Source of the DNA: Amoebidium appalachense
Lineage: Eukaryota > Protista > Ichthyosporea
Length of the DNA: 64,000 nt
Direction of reading: 5' to 3'
Assembly (NCBI GenBank): GCA_963693365.1
Contig: CAVNZM010000016.1
Coordinates: 7,423,029 to 7,487,028, forward strand
The translations under genes and the position numbers were made by a program. The notes below the pieces were generated by a model. That model was not told the DNA's origin and did no database searches. It saw only the letters and a program-made list of their open reading frames with translations. This document shows positions 13,661 through 26,633 of this stretch, one piece after another (position 1 is the stretch's first letter; each line of letters starts with the position of its first letter).

Positions 13661-13832
13661 GCGCGCACACACACACACAGTCCTGGAGTCGCTAGCCAAC
13701 CTGATCGACGAGCCCAACCCGTCTGACCCCCTAGACACGGAGATAGCCGAGATATACACGCAGGACAACAAGAAATTCATGAAGAATGCAGAGGACCACA
13801 TCAAGAAGCACAGTGAGAAGCGGCCCAAGTAA
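8496..13832 (+). CDS. UBE2L3: Ubiquitin-conjugating enzyme E2, UBE2L3/UbcH7-like (exons 8496-8522, 10976-11071, 11592-11669, 12900-13008, 13681-13832)
   Basis: [101 protein letters not shown]...SEKRPK. HPN motif, catalytic Cys, and the WKPATK motif typical of UBE2L3. Confidence 0.93.
10161..10321 (+). mobile_element. Subfamily B retroelement copy in UBE2L3 intron 1
   Basis: TTAACGAGGGGAATAGGTCGAAAC...CTGAGGATGGGCTCTG...CGCATTCAAAA between C tracts; starts 8 nt downstream of the predicted ribozyme cut. Confidence 0.85.
11985..12701. mobile_element. hAT-like MITE with TIR CAAGGCATTGC and (GG)TCCGG subterminal repeats, containing nested sequence
   Basis: CAAGGCATTGC at 11985 and GCAATGCCTTG ending 12701; arrays of GGTCC/GGACC at both ends; no clean TSD. 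Confidence 0.7.
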
Positions 13833-15175
13833 TCACACCCGGCTGGTACACATTTCGTGCACGTCACATGAGACACACAACACGCATATGCACAAGCAGA
13901 TATACACAAGCACACGTGTATGCTCTCACACACCAGCAAATTCTCGCGTAGTTAGATTAGACCATTTCCACGCACCATATATGGCCATGTCCATATATAG
14001 ACATACCATGTGCAGGCAGTGGCGGGCCCACATGCCAGTGCCCAGTGACCCTGCCAGGCTGGTCTTGGCGGCAATGCATGTGCACACTTTCTGTGAAAGT
14101 GTGCATGGGTGTTCTCTGAATGGGGGGATTGGCCATGGTGTTGTCTGGCTGAAATGTACAGGGGTCCCTCGCATATTCACACATTCGCGCGTGTATTGAT
14201 AACTGCCCTGAATCCCCCAAAACTCATAAATGTGGCGCGAGATGATGTGTGTATTAAACGTTTACAGCGGATTTACGATTTTCCAGTTTCGACATTTAAA
14301 TATTTAGGCCACGTAAAATCCCGTTACAGACATAGGACTGCATGTGGTTCTACATATAGTAAAAATCAATAAATTCACACTAAATATGGGCATTTTGGTA
14401 GGATGAGGCTCCATTTCCCGTAGTTACTAGTTACATACTGTTACACACATATGGAAACGGGGTCTAATATTCCCGGGGGCGCAGGTACGGACATACGATC
14501 GCCCCCCTCTTAGAAGTGTTGGGGGATCCCTGCCCTCCATGCATGCACAATCTAAATGGTTATATAAATACATACACACCACCGTACCATATATGATACT
14601 TCATAATTACTCTCACACATTACCGTAATATATATCAATATACTTTGGCCAAACACGGAAGCCCCTGTATATGCACACTATGTACATGTGCACAGTGTTC
14701 TGGCTAATTCCTACTTTTTTTTTTTTTTTTAATAAAAACATTTTTTTTTGGCGCGCCAAAACTTCTTAATTAAATATTTGGCTAATCGCGCTAATCGCGC
14801 AATAATTATTGGTCCATGCATAATATTTTCGGCTTTGCGGTATTCCTACTTTGATTAGGACGACCGGACCAAAAATCGATATCGCATGTTTGGTCTGCGG
14901 CCTGACTGCTCCCCCCCGGCCCCCTCCCCCCACACCAACAATGAACACCCACCCACCCACCCACCCCTACACGTGTGCATGCTGTTGCAGGGCCATGGGG
15001 TGTGGCTGATGATGGCATGCCTCCTGCTGGCACCAATGGAACACGCAACTACTGGAGAGTGGCAGGCGCACACTAAAGTTGTGGGTGTGTGCAAATCATA
15101 TGTGCAAACGTGGTTTTTTTTGCTTTTCTTTTTTTTTTTAAGTGTGTGTGGGGGGGGGGGGGGGGGGGGCGGGGG

Positions 15176-15353
15176 TTTGAATGCGGAACACGGTACGAAG
15201 TACGCATACACGACGAGAAGCATGGTGCAGGACACATGCAAAGGCAAACATTCAAGTATGCAACATCAGCCATGCGCACAGTATGCGTCATAAGCAGAGC
15301 CCATCCTCAGGGAGGGCCCAAGTCATCAATTGCGTCTGAGTTTCAACCCTTAG
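15176..15353 (-). mobile_element. Subfamily A retroelement copy, 5'-truncated, downstream of RPS10
   Basis: High similarity to 4824-4987; G runs on both flanks. Confidence 0.85.
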
Positions 15354-15713
15354 GCCGGGGGGGGGGGGGGGGGAAGATGTGGAGGAGGGTCGGTCCACCC
15401 TCAACCGTCGAGATTTGGCATGTGCATTGAATTGAGATATGGAAGTCTGAATGGCAGCAACAACACACGCACACGGTCAGTGGAGGAGTGCAAAACACGT
15501 GCAAAATGGAGGTGTGGGCCTTGCACGCAATCGTGTATGTGTGTTGGATGAAGGGGAGCAGGTGGTCATAATGGGTGTTTCATGTGTGCCATGGGGGTAA
15601 TTGTGTGTGCGTGTGTGGGTGCAGTTGTGCATCTTGTGACAGCCGGCCAGATAACTGCCCCCCGGGGGGCTATTTATTCATTCGTGCCGGGGGCCAGCCA
15701 CCTTTTGAGGCGC

Positions 15714-18072
15714 CTATTGCTGCTCCTCGCTGGCACCACCAAAGCCACCCGACGGCTGGCTGCCGAAGCCACGGCCACGGCCATAGCCACCGCGCTGCAA
15801 CAAAACACGTTAGTGCCCTGCAGATACACTGGGCAAGAACATGAAAAATAAAAATGAGGCAATCCTCCGAGGCCACCGTTTTCTGTGGCCAAAACTGTAT
15901 TCCCTTGTATCTACTGTTCTAATCTACAGCATATTGTAGAGATCGTAGTCATGCAGACAGCATCCCAGATAACTGCTGCCTGCCAAAGCTTCAGGCGACC
16001 GGCCATGCAGGGTACCAAGATAAGCCTTTCATAATTAGCCACCTGCCACAAAATCCACCTAACAATTTGCTAATATTAGTTAAGGACCATCAGACACCTT
16101 GCTCCCCCCCCCCCCCTCCCCCCCCCCCACACACACCCCTCCCCCCTCCCCCCCCCCACACACACCACCACCACCATGCACCCACGGGGCAACTTACGAA
16201 CTCGGGCTTGAAGTCAGCGCCAGCGCCGACCTTCTTCTCGGCAGCGTCGGTGCGGCGGTACTCCCCACGGTCACCGCGGTCGGGGCGGGGGCCACGGTCG
16301 CTGCGGCCACCGGGCAGGCGGGAGGCAGGGCGGGCAGCAGCCTGCTTCTTGAGGGTGTTGGGCACGATCTCCTCGGTCAGAGACAGGTACGTGCGCAGGT
16401 ACTTGATGCCCTCGTCGTTGAGGTACCTGTAATTGCATGGGGGTTAGACGTATGCGTAGGTGTTGGAAATATGGCGACCTATTGATGTCGGGAGCGTAAA
16501 GGTGATATGGTGCCTTTGTCATTAAGCGCCGTGCCTGCTTTTGCCTATACGTGGTGCTGTCAATATTAAAATGCATGTGAATATTTGATCTGCTTGTGTC
16601 TTGTGCACATTCGTGATTGCTAAACCTCCAACCCCTGGGCACTCCTCCCCAGGTCCCTCCTTCCCTCTGCTCTAGAGCCGCCATATTGCCGCCGAGATGA
16701 CACCTGACACTTGGACTTGCACATGTCCTTTCCATCCCCTGCAAGGCCACAGGCAGGCAGGTACACCCCGTGTGCGCTGTGATGCACAAAACTCTGCTCC
16801 GGCCGTCCACACACCCACCCTCCTGTCCCAACCACCGGCCACCCTCCAGCCGCCACCGCAGGACCACCACTTAACCATTACGTACGCACCAGTGGAAGTG
16901 GCGCCAGGCACAGCGCTCTTAGTCACATAGCCCAGCCCTAACCCTGAACCCCTCTACGCACCAGTAGACATAGCCCCAGCCTAACCCTGAACCTCTCTCC
17001 CACCAGTAGAAGTGACATAGCCCCAGCCTAACCCTGAAACCCTATACGCACCAGTAGAAGTGACATAGCCCCAGCCTAACCCTTAACCCCTATACACACC
17101 AGCAGACATAGCTCCAGCCTAACCCTGAACCCCTATACGCACCAGTAGAAGTGACATAGCCCCAGCCTAACCCTTAACCCCAGTAGACATAACTCTTCGC
17201 CCCCATACGCACCAGTAGAAGTGGCGCCAGGCAAAACGCTCAGTGACATAGCCCTGGGACTTGAGGCTCTGGCAGGCCTTGATCACGTGCAGGTTCTTGG
17301 CCTTGATGTACTGCACCCACACGGTCAGCACACACCACGTGCACACAGCCACCACACCGCGCATGTGCATACACACACCACACAACACGTGCACACACCC
17401 CAAGGCACCCCCCCGCCCCATCACCCTCCCCACACACAAACACACCCGTGCACCATCCACCCACACCCCAAACCACACACCCATGCCCACCCCGAAATCC
17501 CAAGCACCCACACACCACAGCCACCCACACCACGTCACACTGTTGTTGGCACCCTGCTACTCAAAGGTATCATCCCATAACCCGCACGTATGCAGCGACA
17601 CACGGGCCCCCAGCTGTGCCCACACAGCACCAGCCACCACACGTTGGCCACCCACACTAGCGCTACACACGAGCATCACCCGCACACCATCAGTCTACTC
17701 CTTGCTACACCCTGCTGCCCGTGATGCACATCAACATGCATCCATTGCGTCCGCAAAACCACCACTGCATACCAACACCGAAGACCCTCTCCCCTCCGTT
17801 CTTGTGTTCTGCGTGGCTCCCATTCCCAACCCTTGGCAACTACCGGCAACAATACCCCTGTCATCTGCTGGAGTTCACGATGACGCTGAACCCCTCCACC
17901 CCGCTCACCCGCCCCCCTCCCTCCCGGACTAAAAAAAAAAAAAAAAAGGAAAGAAAGTCAGGCAGAGACGTACGGCATGCTCGGGGGCATTGAAATCCTT
18001 CTTGGCCACCACCACACCCTCGGTGAAGAGGTTCTCGAAGATGAGGCGCCGTGTCTTCTGTGGGATCAGCAT
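15714..18072 (-). CDS. RPS10: 40S ribosomal protein S10 (exons 18072-17974, 17310-17213, 16426-16198, 15794-15714)
   Basis: [93 protein letters not shown]...[15 protein letters not shown], the eS10 signature. Confidence 0.97.
16881..17190 (-). repeat. Intronic minisatellite (~40-48 bp units) derived from the RPS10 exon 2 end and its donor site
   Basis: Unit (minus) GGGCTATGTCACTTCTACTG|GTGCGTATAGGGGTTCAGGGTTAGGCTG repeated about 6 times. Confidence 0.85.
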
Positions 18073-18878
18073 CCTGGCGGTCGGATGTGCACTGCGGGGA
18101 TGCAACGTCAGACAAGGCCCACAACAAGCAGGCCCCCTGTGTCCCTGCCTGCTGCTATCCCGATAGCATCTCTCTGTGTTGTCGCGATAGTCTTGGATAA
18201 TGTGCCCACAGCCCCCTCCTCCATGAACAGTACACCACGCATCTGTCAGGATTCTGCGACAGCGGTTGTCTGTATACGAATGACGTCGAAGGTGAAGCTT
18301 GTGTCATGGAAGCCACCAAATCATAAAATAACATGCCGAGTGGGTGCTGATGTTTGTGAGACGGAGAATGCATGTGTGCATCAGGGTGAGCTGTTATAAA
18401 TCTAGGCGGAGTGGATAAGCGAGTTTCTAATGCTATGCAACTCACGTCTATGCAAAAATCGTGGTGATCCGGTGTGTGGTTCTTGTATGTGTGATTCCAG
18501 ATGTGCGCGTCTGGTGTCTTCGGTGCGCATTTGTGTGTGGTGCATATGTATGTGAGTGTGCGTGAGGACATGGGCATGTGGATGTACGTGCACGTATGGC
18601 CTATGTGTATACGTGTTGATGGTTGTGTGTTGTGAATGAGAAGGTGACGTGTTCGTGTATGGGTGTAGTGTTTGCTGCAACACAGCTATGTGTCTGTGTG
18701 CGCTGCAGCATGCAAGCTATCGCTGCTGCTCGAGGCATCCACTTCAAGGTCCCAAGGCTGTGGTGTTTCTGCTGCCGTCTGCTCTGTTTCTGCCTGTCTG
18801 CGGTGCCGACTACCTAAGAAGGCGTACTTGTCCCCTTGCATTACTCAAAACTAGACTACGAACTTTTCGACTCTAGCT

Positions 18879-19490
18879 TGTTCCAAGGCATCCTTCGAAT
18901 CGGCCAATCTTGATATTGGCGGCCGGCTGACATCGCTACACAAAGCTTCACTATGAAGGAAGGCCTCATGCCCAAGTCTGTCCATCTCGAACGCCTGTCC
19001 TGCCCAAAGAAACGCTCCATGGCGTTTTTCTGCAAACTACACTGGCCGATTGAAACGGATACTCTACGGATTCAGCTGGATACTACGGGATGCACGGAGC
19101 TACGGCGTACCTCAGAAGAATGGGAGAGAGGCCCACACAGACTTCTGCCAGCGACTTGTAGCCAGCCGCTGCCGCCGGCCGTCACCGGCCTGCCCTTGTG
19201 TCGCAGTCCGATCTAAAGCTGTCGCAGTCTGCAAGCTGTGAGCCAATCAGCTGAATGTGATACAACGTTTTGATTGGTGCCTTGGACAATTTCACACGCG
19301 ACTTTGGGTATATAAAGGTTGGTCGTGGGAACACAAATCCGAACCATACGTAACTACATACGTATACGCATGCCCACTATGTACATACCGCCGGAGGTCT
19401 TTGCTGAGCCGCAGGTGACATCATTTGTTCTCCTCCTGTTTCACGGATATATGTCCTCACGCTGTTTATCAGCTGGCTGAATTTTGAACA
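18879..19490 (+). mobile_element. Possible solo LTR
   Basis: TGTTC...GAACA termini, internal CCAAT and TATATAAA (~19309), unique-complexity sequence; no target-site duplication found. Confidence 0.3.
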
Positions 19491-19618
19491 CTCGTGCGCG
19501 CACAACCCTAACCCACACATACTAATATAATTTTTTTTTAAAAAAAAAAATAAAGATATTAGGGGCTACCAAGGCTGGGGGGAAAATGAGATAACGGGGA
19601 AGGGGGAGGGAGGGAGGG

Positions 19619-19652
<34 letters not shown>

Positions 19653-19944
19653 GGGGGGGGAGGGGGACGGGATGCGGAGAATGCGGAGGTGGTCCGGACT
19701 GTGGCTTTCCTACTTATCATAGTAATTAGTCTAGTCTAGTATCACGGTATTATTATTATTAGGCTGTGCACATGTACACGAAAAGCCCTTCTGTGCAGCA
19801 GATCATATTTCTTGTCTGGTTAGCGTCGTACCAACAAACAGACCGAAAAGGCCATGGCCAATGTGTGTGGGTGGGTGTCCACTGGGTGAGTGTGTGTGGG
19901 TGGGTGCACGTGGGTGGGTGTGTGTCCTGGCCTTCAAGGTGTCA

Positions 19945-20078
<134 letters not shown>

Positions 20079-20194
20079 TGTGTGCGTGTGCACGTGTGTG
20101 TGTGCAACCGGCTAAGAAAGAGTGTAACGGTTTACATCATAATGGGCCCACGGTGCTCGGACAGGGACTCCCTGGCTCTACTATGCACCGGTTT

Positions 20195-20698
20195 TCTGTG
20201 CGAAAATGTGTGCATATCTGTGTATACATTTAGTTTTTGTGTTCGTTTGTCACTGTGTGTGTTTTTTTTTTGTGTGTGTGTGTGATGTGTGTGTGTTTGT
20301 GTGTGTGTGTGCACGTATGTGTATCACAACGTGTGTGTGTATGCACAGATGTGTGTGTATGTCCGAGGCCGAGTCACGTACACGGTGCACGGTGTGTGTG
20401 TGTGTGTGGCCCCCCCTCCCCCCTTCTCCCCTGGTCTGTGGGTCCTTTTTTGGGCTGTGAGTTTTTTTGGGGGGGGGGGGGAAGGGGGGGGGGGGGGGGT
20501 TGTGCAAAAATGTCTGCATATGTCTGTGTGTACATTTGGATTTTGTGTTCGCTTGTCACTGGGTGCCACGATGTGTGTGTGTGTGTGTGTGTCTCAGTGC
20601 ACGTGTGTATATCACATTGTTTGTTTCACGGTGTGTTTGTGTGTGTATGTCCTTGTGACGTTGCACGGTGTGTGCGTGTGTGCGTATCCCCCCCCCTT

Positions 20699-20752
<54 letters not shown>

Positions 20753-20828
20753 CCCCCCCCCCCCCCCCCCTACCCCCGACGTCCTGTCGGCCCTCTTTAT
20801 GGGCGGGAAGGTTATTTTTTTTTTTTTT

Positions 20829-20867
<39 letters not shown>

Positions 20868-21400
20868 AAGGGGAGGGGGGGGGGGTGGGGGGGGGACTGT
20901 GCGAAAATTTGTGCATATGTATGTGTGTACAAATTTGGATTGTGTGCCCCCCCCTTTCACTCTGCGTTTTTGTGCGTGTGTGGTGTGTATGTGTGTGTGT
21001 AGTCTCGTGTGTGTTCGTGTGACGGTGCACGGTGTGTGTGTGCGTCTCCTCCCAACCTCCCCCCTTCCCCCTCCCCTCCATCCTTCCCCTCCCCCGCCCC
21101 CCCCCCTCCCCCCTCCCACGCCCCACCCCGATCCTGTGCACGTGGGTCTTTTTTATGGGCGGGGGTTTTTTTTTTTTTTGGGGGGGGGGGGGGGGGACTG
21201 TGCGAAAATGTGTGCATATGTCTCTGTGTTCATTTGGATTTTGTGTTCATTTGCCACTGGGTGTGCTTGTGTGTGTGGTGTATATGTGTGTGTGCACGTG
21301 TGTATCACAATGTGGGTATGTGTGTGTCTCCGTGTCTCCGTGTCTGCGGTGCACGGTGTGTGCGTGTTCTCCCCCCCCCCTCCCCCCCCCTTCCCCCCCC
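20195..21400. repeat. Compound tandem repeat, about 4 units of 300-400 bp with TG, poly-C, poly-T and poly-G modules
   Basis: Recurrent (C/T)TGTGC(G/A)AAA(A/T)TGTGTGCATATG...CATTTGGATTTTGTG...TGCACGGTGTGTG at ~20196, 20500, 20897 and 21197. Confidence 0.8.
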
Positions 21401-21505
21401 CCCCCCCCAAAAAAAAAAAACTACTCCCGCAGCCCAAAGAAGGACCCAGCCGGCAGGCGAGGCAAGCGGGTGGGCGGGCCGGCAGGCGGGCAGGGGGGGG
21501 GGGGG

Positions 21506-21598
21506 AATAAGATAATGAACCCTACAGCCGAGAAACCTTAAGACATTAGGCCCTAAACCGTGTTTACCAGTTATCTTAAAAGTGAGTGACCTCTGTAC
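21506..21598 (-). mobile_element. Family D short element ending in poly-C (other copies 22719-22765 +, 39889-39990 -)
   Basis: Shared GATAATGAACCCTAC(A/G)GCCGAGAA..CTTAAG...GTTATCTTA(A/G)AAGTGAGTGACC next to a G run. Confidence 0.7.
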
Positions 21599-22771
21599 AC
21601 ACAAAAAAACGTGTGGATGCACATGTGCACACCATATACCCACATGTACTGTTACACGTGCACAAACATGCACACACACATGCACACACATGCACATGCA
21701 CACGCGCACATGCACACACGCACACACGCACATGCACACATGCACACACGCTCACACAGACACGCACACACACACACACACACCATGACAAACATGCGCA
21801 CATGCACTCGCACACACGCGCGCGCACGCACATTCACACGCACGCACACGCACACGCACACGCACACACGCACACAGACGCGTCACACACACACTTGATC
21901 AAAGCATGCACATATGCATGTGCACACACACACACACACACATGTACAATCACACGCACCCAAGCACACATTTTTGAGCATTCAGATTCGCACGCACACC
22001 CTTGCTTGTAATTTGGAGTGCACACATACGCGTGTTCACATAATTACGTGCGCGCCCACACATGCATAGGCGCACATACAAACAGGTACACATGCACATA
22101 CGTGTACACACGCACATGTAAACGGACATCAACGCACGCCGTGCGCCAGCGCGCACGCACGCAAACGCATACATGTGTACACATGCCTACATGCACACAT
22201 ACACGCACACACACACAATCTAATGACCACAAGCACAAGCACTTACAAGAAAATGCACATTCACACTCAGTGTCACACACGAACACACACACACATGTGT
22301 ATACACACGCTTGCATGTACACAAGTGCACTCGTACACACAAGTGCACCAAACACGTTTGCACGCACACATATTATACGCTTTAAACACTCACACAAACA
22401 CGTACACAGGCACATGCACTGCACCCGCACAAACAGGCACATACACATACACACGCCGCGGCACACACTTTCCATACACAAATGTACACACGTGCTCAAC
22501 ACGTGCGGCACACACGCAAAACCACATACGCACATACGCAGGCGGACAGACACGCACGCCGCACATGCATATGCACACTGGCGCTACACATGCACGCATG
22601 CACACACGCACGCTCGCTCGCACGCTTGCACTCACGCAGGCACACAAGCACACACGTACGCATGCACGCACACACACACCGTACGTACACATGCATGCAT
22701 CTGCACAAATGTACATGCGTACAGGGGTTATGATCACTCACTTTTAGGATAGCAGGTAATTTAATCCCCCC

Positions 22772-22808
<37 letters not shown>

Positions 22809-22942
22809 ACAGTGGAACTGTTTTCGGGAGGCTAGGCCGTGGCCATGGGAGAGTTTTTTTTTAATATTATTATTATTTTATTGTTATAAAAAAAGGGGGG
22901 GGTTAAAAGTTTCTTTTCGTTCTTTTTTTTGTCTTCTTTTTT

Positions 22943-22983
<41 letters not shown>

Positions 22984-23422
22984 GGGGGGGATAAATTCGC
23001 ACGGGCCCGAGCCAACCATGACTGCATGGCACCCTCCTGCTATTCCGCCTGTGACATGTGTCCGCTGGCCAAAGCAGATATACAGTTGTGCACAATATTG
23101 CATGCCGTTTGTGAAATCTCGTATTAATGTGTCCGATAGAGCCTTAAATTTAAATTGCTCACTATAAGTGTGGCAATGGTTTTGTTTCATTGGAGATAAC
23201 TGTGACAGTTCCCGATGATGTACACGTTTTGCTTTTGTTTACCGTAGCGGAGGGGAGGGGGGGGGAAGGCAGGGCCGGGGCCGGAGGGGAAAGCTGAGGG
23301 GATAAGTATCCTTGCGGGCCGCCCGTGCGCTACATAATTAGCAAGTGGGTGTGAGGGTGAGTGGGGAAGGTAGGGGAGGGGCTAAAAGTTGGGCGGAATC
23401 CGATGGGTGGCCATTGGAGCCC

Positions 23423-23458
<36 letters not shown>

Positions 23459-23534
23459 GTAGGGGGGGGGGGAGGGGGGAATGGGGGAAGCGCGCGCACC
23501 CATACACGCACACACATGCGTGCGCGCATGCCCG

Positions 23535-23570
<36 letters not shown>

Positions 23571-23607
23571 ACAGTGTCACACACACACACACAATGCAAC
23601 ACGTCCG

Positions 23608-23638
<31 letters not shown>

Positions 23639-24448
23639 TTCCCACCCGTTCGTGCCGGGGGGGAGGGGGAAAAGGGGGGAGGGGGGGAGGGGGGGGGGGG
23701 GGGGGGGGGGGGAGTACGACGATACGGCATATAGCCTAAGTTTCAGGTGATCAAGGAATCCTATTAGTTAGCCTCAATGTATACGTTTTGGCTTTGTATG
23801 TAAACCGCTGCTGATTTTAGTAGTACTATTATGTGATCAGTTTATCTGATAATTATATTAGTATATAGTCACATAATGGCAGCCTATGGAGTGGGTGGGT
23901 CCCCCCCCCCTTCCCGTTTCCAAATCAAGAATCCCTAATACCACAACCCTGCGGCCGAGGAGATTAGCCAACACCATACGTGCTCCTGACAAGATGTGCA
24001 CATGCAAACATGGACAAATGCACACACACACACGGCCCACCGTGGTGCAGACACAAACACACGTAGACCAGGGAAAAAACCTGCACAGATGTACACACTC
24101 ACACAAACATATTATCATCGTACTTATCGGGCACGTGCCTGCTCATTGTGGGACAACGCGGAATACATGAGTCACGAAGGGAGGATCTCCCAAGTACTGA
24201 CCGTGCATCTTTATATAATATTTTTTAAACCTGCCGCCAGCTATACGTGCTATAGCCAGCATAGCACTGCACCGTGTCGACAACACAGCGCCTATACATA
24301 CACCCTACCGCCATCCTGAAAGCAAGACAGGACTAACCGTAAGTATTATTTCGTGCAAAACACTAAAACTTCATTCAAGCAATTCGACTATAATCTTCTA
24401 TATTTCACATTGTTAACCCTACTACCGCATATTAACCCTATTAACTCA

Positions 24449-25927
24449 CTAGTGCACGTGCTGGTCGCTAGGCCAGTGCAGCAAGCAGGCCATCGAGTCC
24501 CCCTCCAAGCCGAACAGCTCATCATCCAAGTCCAGGCCAGGCTCCGTCTTGACCAGCATCAGCTCCTCGTCAACCCCCACATTGTCCTCCAGCCCACTGT
24601 CTGTGGCCCCAGCAGGTGACCCCACACTGTCCTGCTCGCTGTGTGCTGGGCTGGGCGGTGCACTGCTGATGGTGCACGAAGGCGCTAGAAGGCTCGGTGG
24701 GGGGGGCATGCCGGTGAGGGGTGCCGTTGTTGTTGAGACGTGCTGTGCTGGGTCAAAGCCACACAGGCGGGAGAGCATTTGAACTAACAGCTCGACGTTG
24801 TTATGCACCTCAGTTAGGTGCGTGCTGGTGGCTGCCTGGTGCTCCTGCAGACAGACAGAGAGGGTCAGCACACGGCACATAACATACATCATAACATGCA
24901 CAACACACCCACACACCTGCAACCCCATAACCCACACACACCTGCAAAAACTGGTGCTGTGAGCGCAGTAGTGTTGCTGTGGCCTGCAGCTCGTCCAAAC
25001 CGTCCTTAGCCTCACTGCAGCCTGCCTGCACCTGCTCCAGGGCCGCCGTCAGACTCTCGACCGTGTGGCAGCTGCCCGGCCCAAAGGTCTTGCGGTGTAT
25101 GCGGGGCAGCAGGTCCAGCCGGCCCCGCTTGAAGTCTGCGTGGCTGAACCGCCAGTGCTGCTGATGCCGACGGCTGCCCGGGCGCTGTTGCTGGGGCTGC
25201 TTGGTGAAGTTGTACATGTTGAGCTGCCGCAGGAAGCTGCTGAAGTTGGCATGTTTGAAGTAGTCCGGTAGAACGGTGGACGCAAGCACGTCGGCATTTG
25301 CCACAAGAAAGGAGTCCCCACTGGGGTCCCAGCGAATAACACTTGAAGGTGCATCATCCAGGAGCCTGAGGGTTAAAAAAAAAGTGAGCAATGACGAAAC
25401 CACGAACGAAACACGTGCAGCAGTCTTAACCTGAAACATACTACACCCCAGCACCCAGCATACTGGGAAGTGCACACACAGGACCCTTGCTCACTATCTG
25501 CTACCAAACAACCTGACGTGACTCTCCCACGTAAACACAACCAGCAACAGCATAGGGACATTGAGACAAAGAACAGGTGGTGACATTACGTGGGGAAGGC
25601 CAGTGCAGGCAGCCTGTCCAACTCTTGAACAAGCAGAAGTGCTGCGGCAACACCAGGGCCAACAGGTCAGTGTATGGTGACAGAGGGGCGGGCCATAAGC
25701 CTAGGCCCCAAGGGAAGGGATTGCATCATCCGTCCAAGTAGCAGTGACAACAACATGCAATAAGGTATGTTATGAAGCACAAGCGTGAGCTTCGTATTTA
25801 TTACCGGGTGGAAACGATTACAAACCGTTTGTACCACACCCACATCAGCCTTGTTCAAAAACACGGCCGTGCCCCCGTCTTACCTGTGCAGCTTCAGCAG
25901 GAACGCAGGCACACCCTTCACCACCAT
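24449..25927 (-). CDS. Heat shock factor (HSF)-type transcription factor, ~287 aa (exons 25927-25884, 25365-24942, 24844-24449)
   Basis: MVVKGVPAFLLKLHR/LLDDAPSSVIRWDPSGDSFLV...VLPDYFKHANFSSFLRQLNMYNFTK...WRFSHADFKRGRLDLLPRIHRK is an HSF DNA-binding domain, followed by a heptad region and an acidic tail. Confidence 0.93.
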
Positions 25928-26594
25928 CCTGCCTATGCAAGCCCAGCGTGTGGGTGTATCACTCCGCAGACAAGGGATGTCGGGATGCAAGCCAAATTCC
26001 CCTTGATCTCAATCACAAACTGGCATAGTAGTGCTAAGAAAACTCTTGTATGTTTACAGCTACACCTATCCATAAATGCTCAAAAAAGTTATTGTGGTGC
26101 TCTAACAATACTGTGGTTGTCAAAGAGAGTCATTAACTGCTCGGTGTCGTTTTGACTGATACAAACACGAGTGAAAAACGAAAAGAAAACGGAACCTCCG
26201 TGTGCGTGACGTGTGAAAGGAATGGGCTCGGAGGCACGCTCACATGCTGATGTTGATACAGGGCGATTGCTGTTCGGACATGTATGTTCATGATAAAATG
26301 TGTGTAAAAACCAAAAGTAAATCGGCGATGTTGGGTAAAGTCCCCTGGAGCATCAAACACCAGTACCACAAAAGAAACAAACATGCATTAGGTTAAAACT
26401 CTCTAATCACCAATGAAATCAGGTCTACAAACGTCAGTGTAAAAATGCCCGGCAAAACATATAGAAGTGGACCGTAGCTGCATGGCATCAAGTTATTCAC
26501 AACCTTCCCGCCATCCAATCAGGCGCAGATACGTTGCGCTCCCTTTTTACTTGTCGCCGTCAGTGCCCGTCACTGTCGCGGAACAACAAACAAC

Positions 26595-26633
26595 CAAGGC
26601 CTCCTAAATAGGTGTGCTATTTAGGAGGCCTTG
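26595..26633. mobile_element. 39-bp hAT-type micro-element
   Basis: Perfect 17-bp TIRs CAAGGCCTCCTAAATAG around a 5-bp spacer; exact 8-bp TSD CAAACAAC at 26587-26594 and 26634-26641. Confidence 0.9.

Noticed and set aside
16935-17185. Interstitial telomere (TAACCC motifs)
   Set aside because: Only 1-2 motifs per minisatellite unit, not a tandem telomeric tract.
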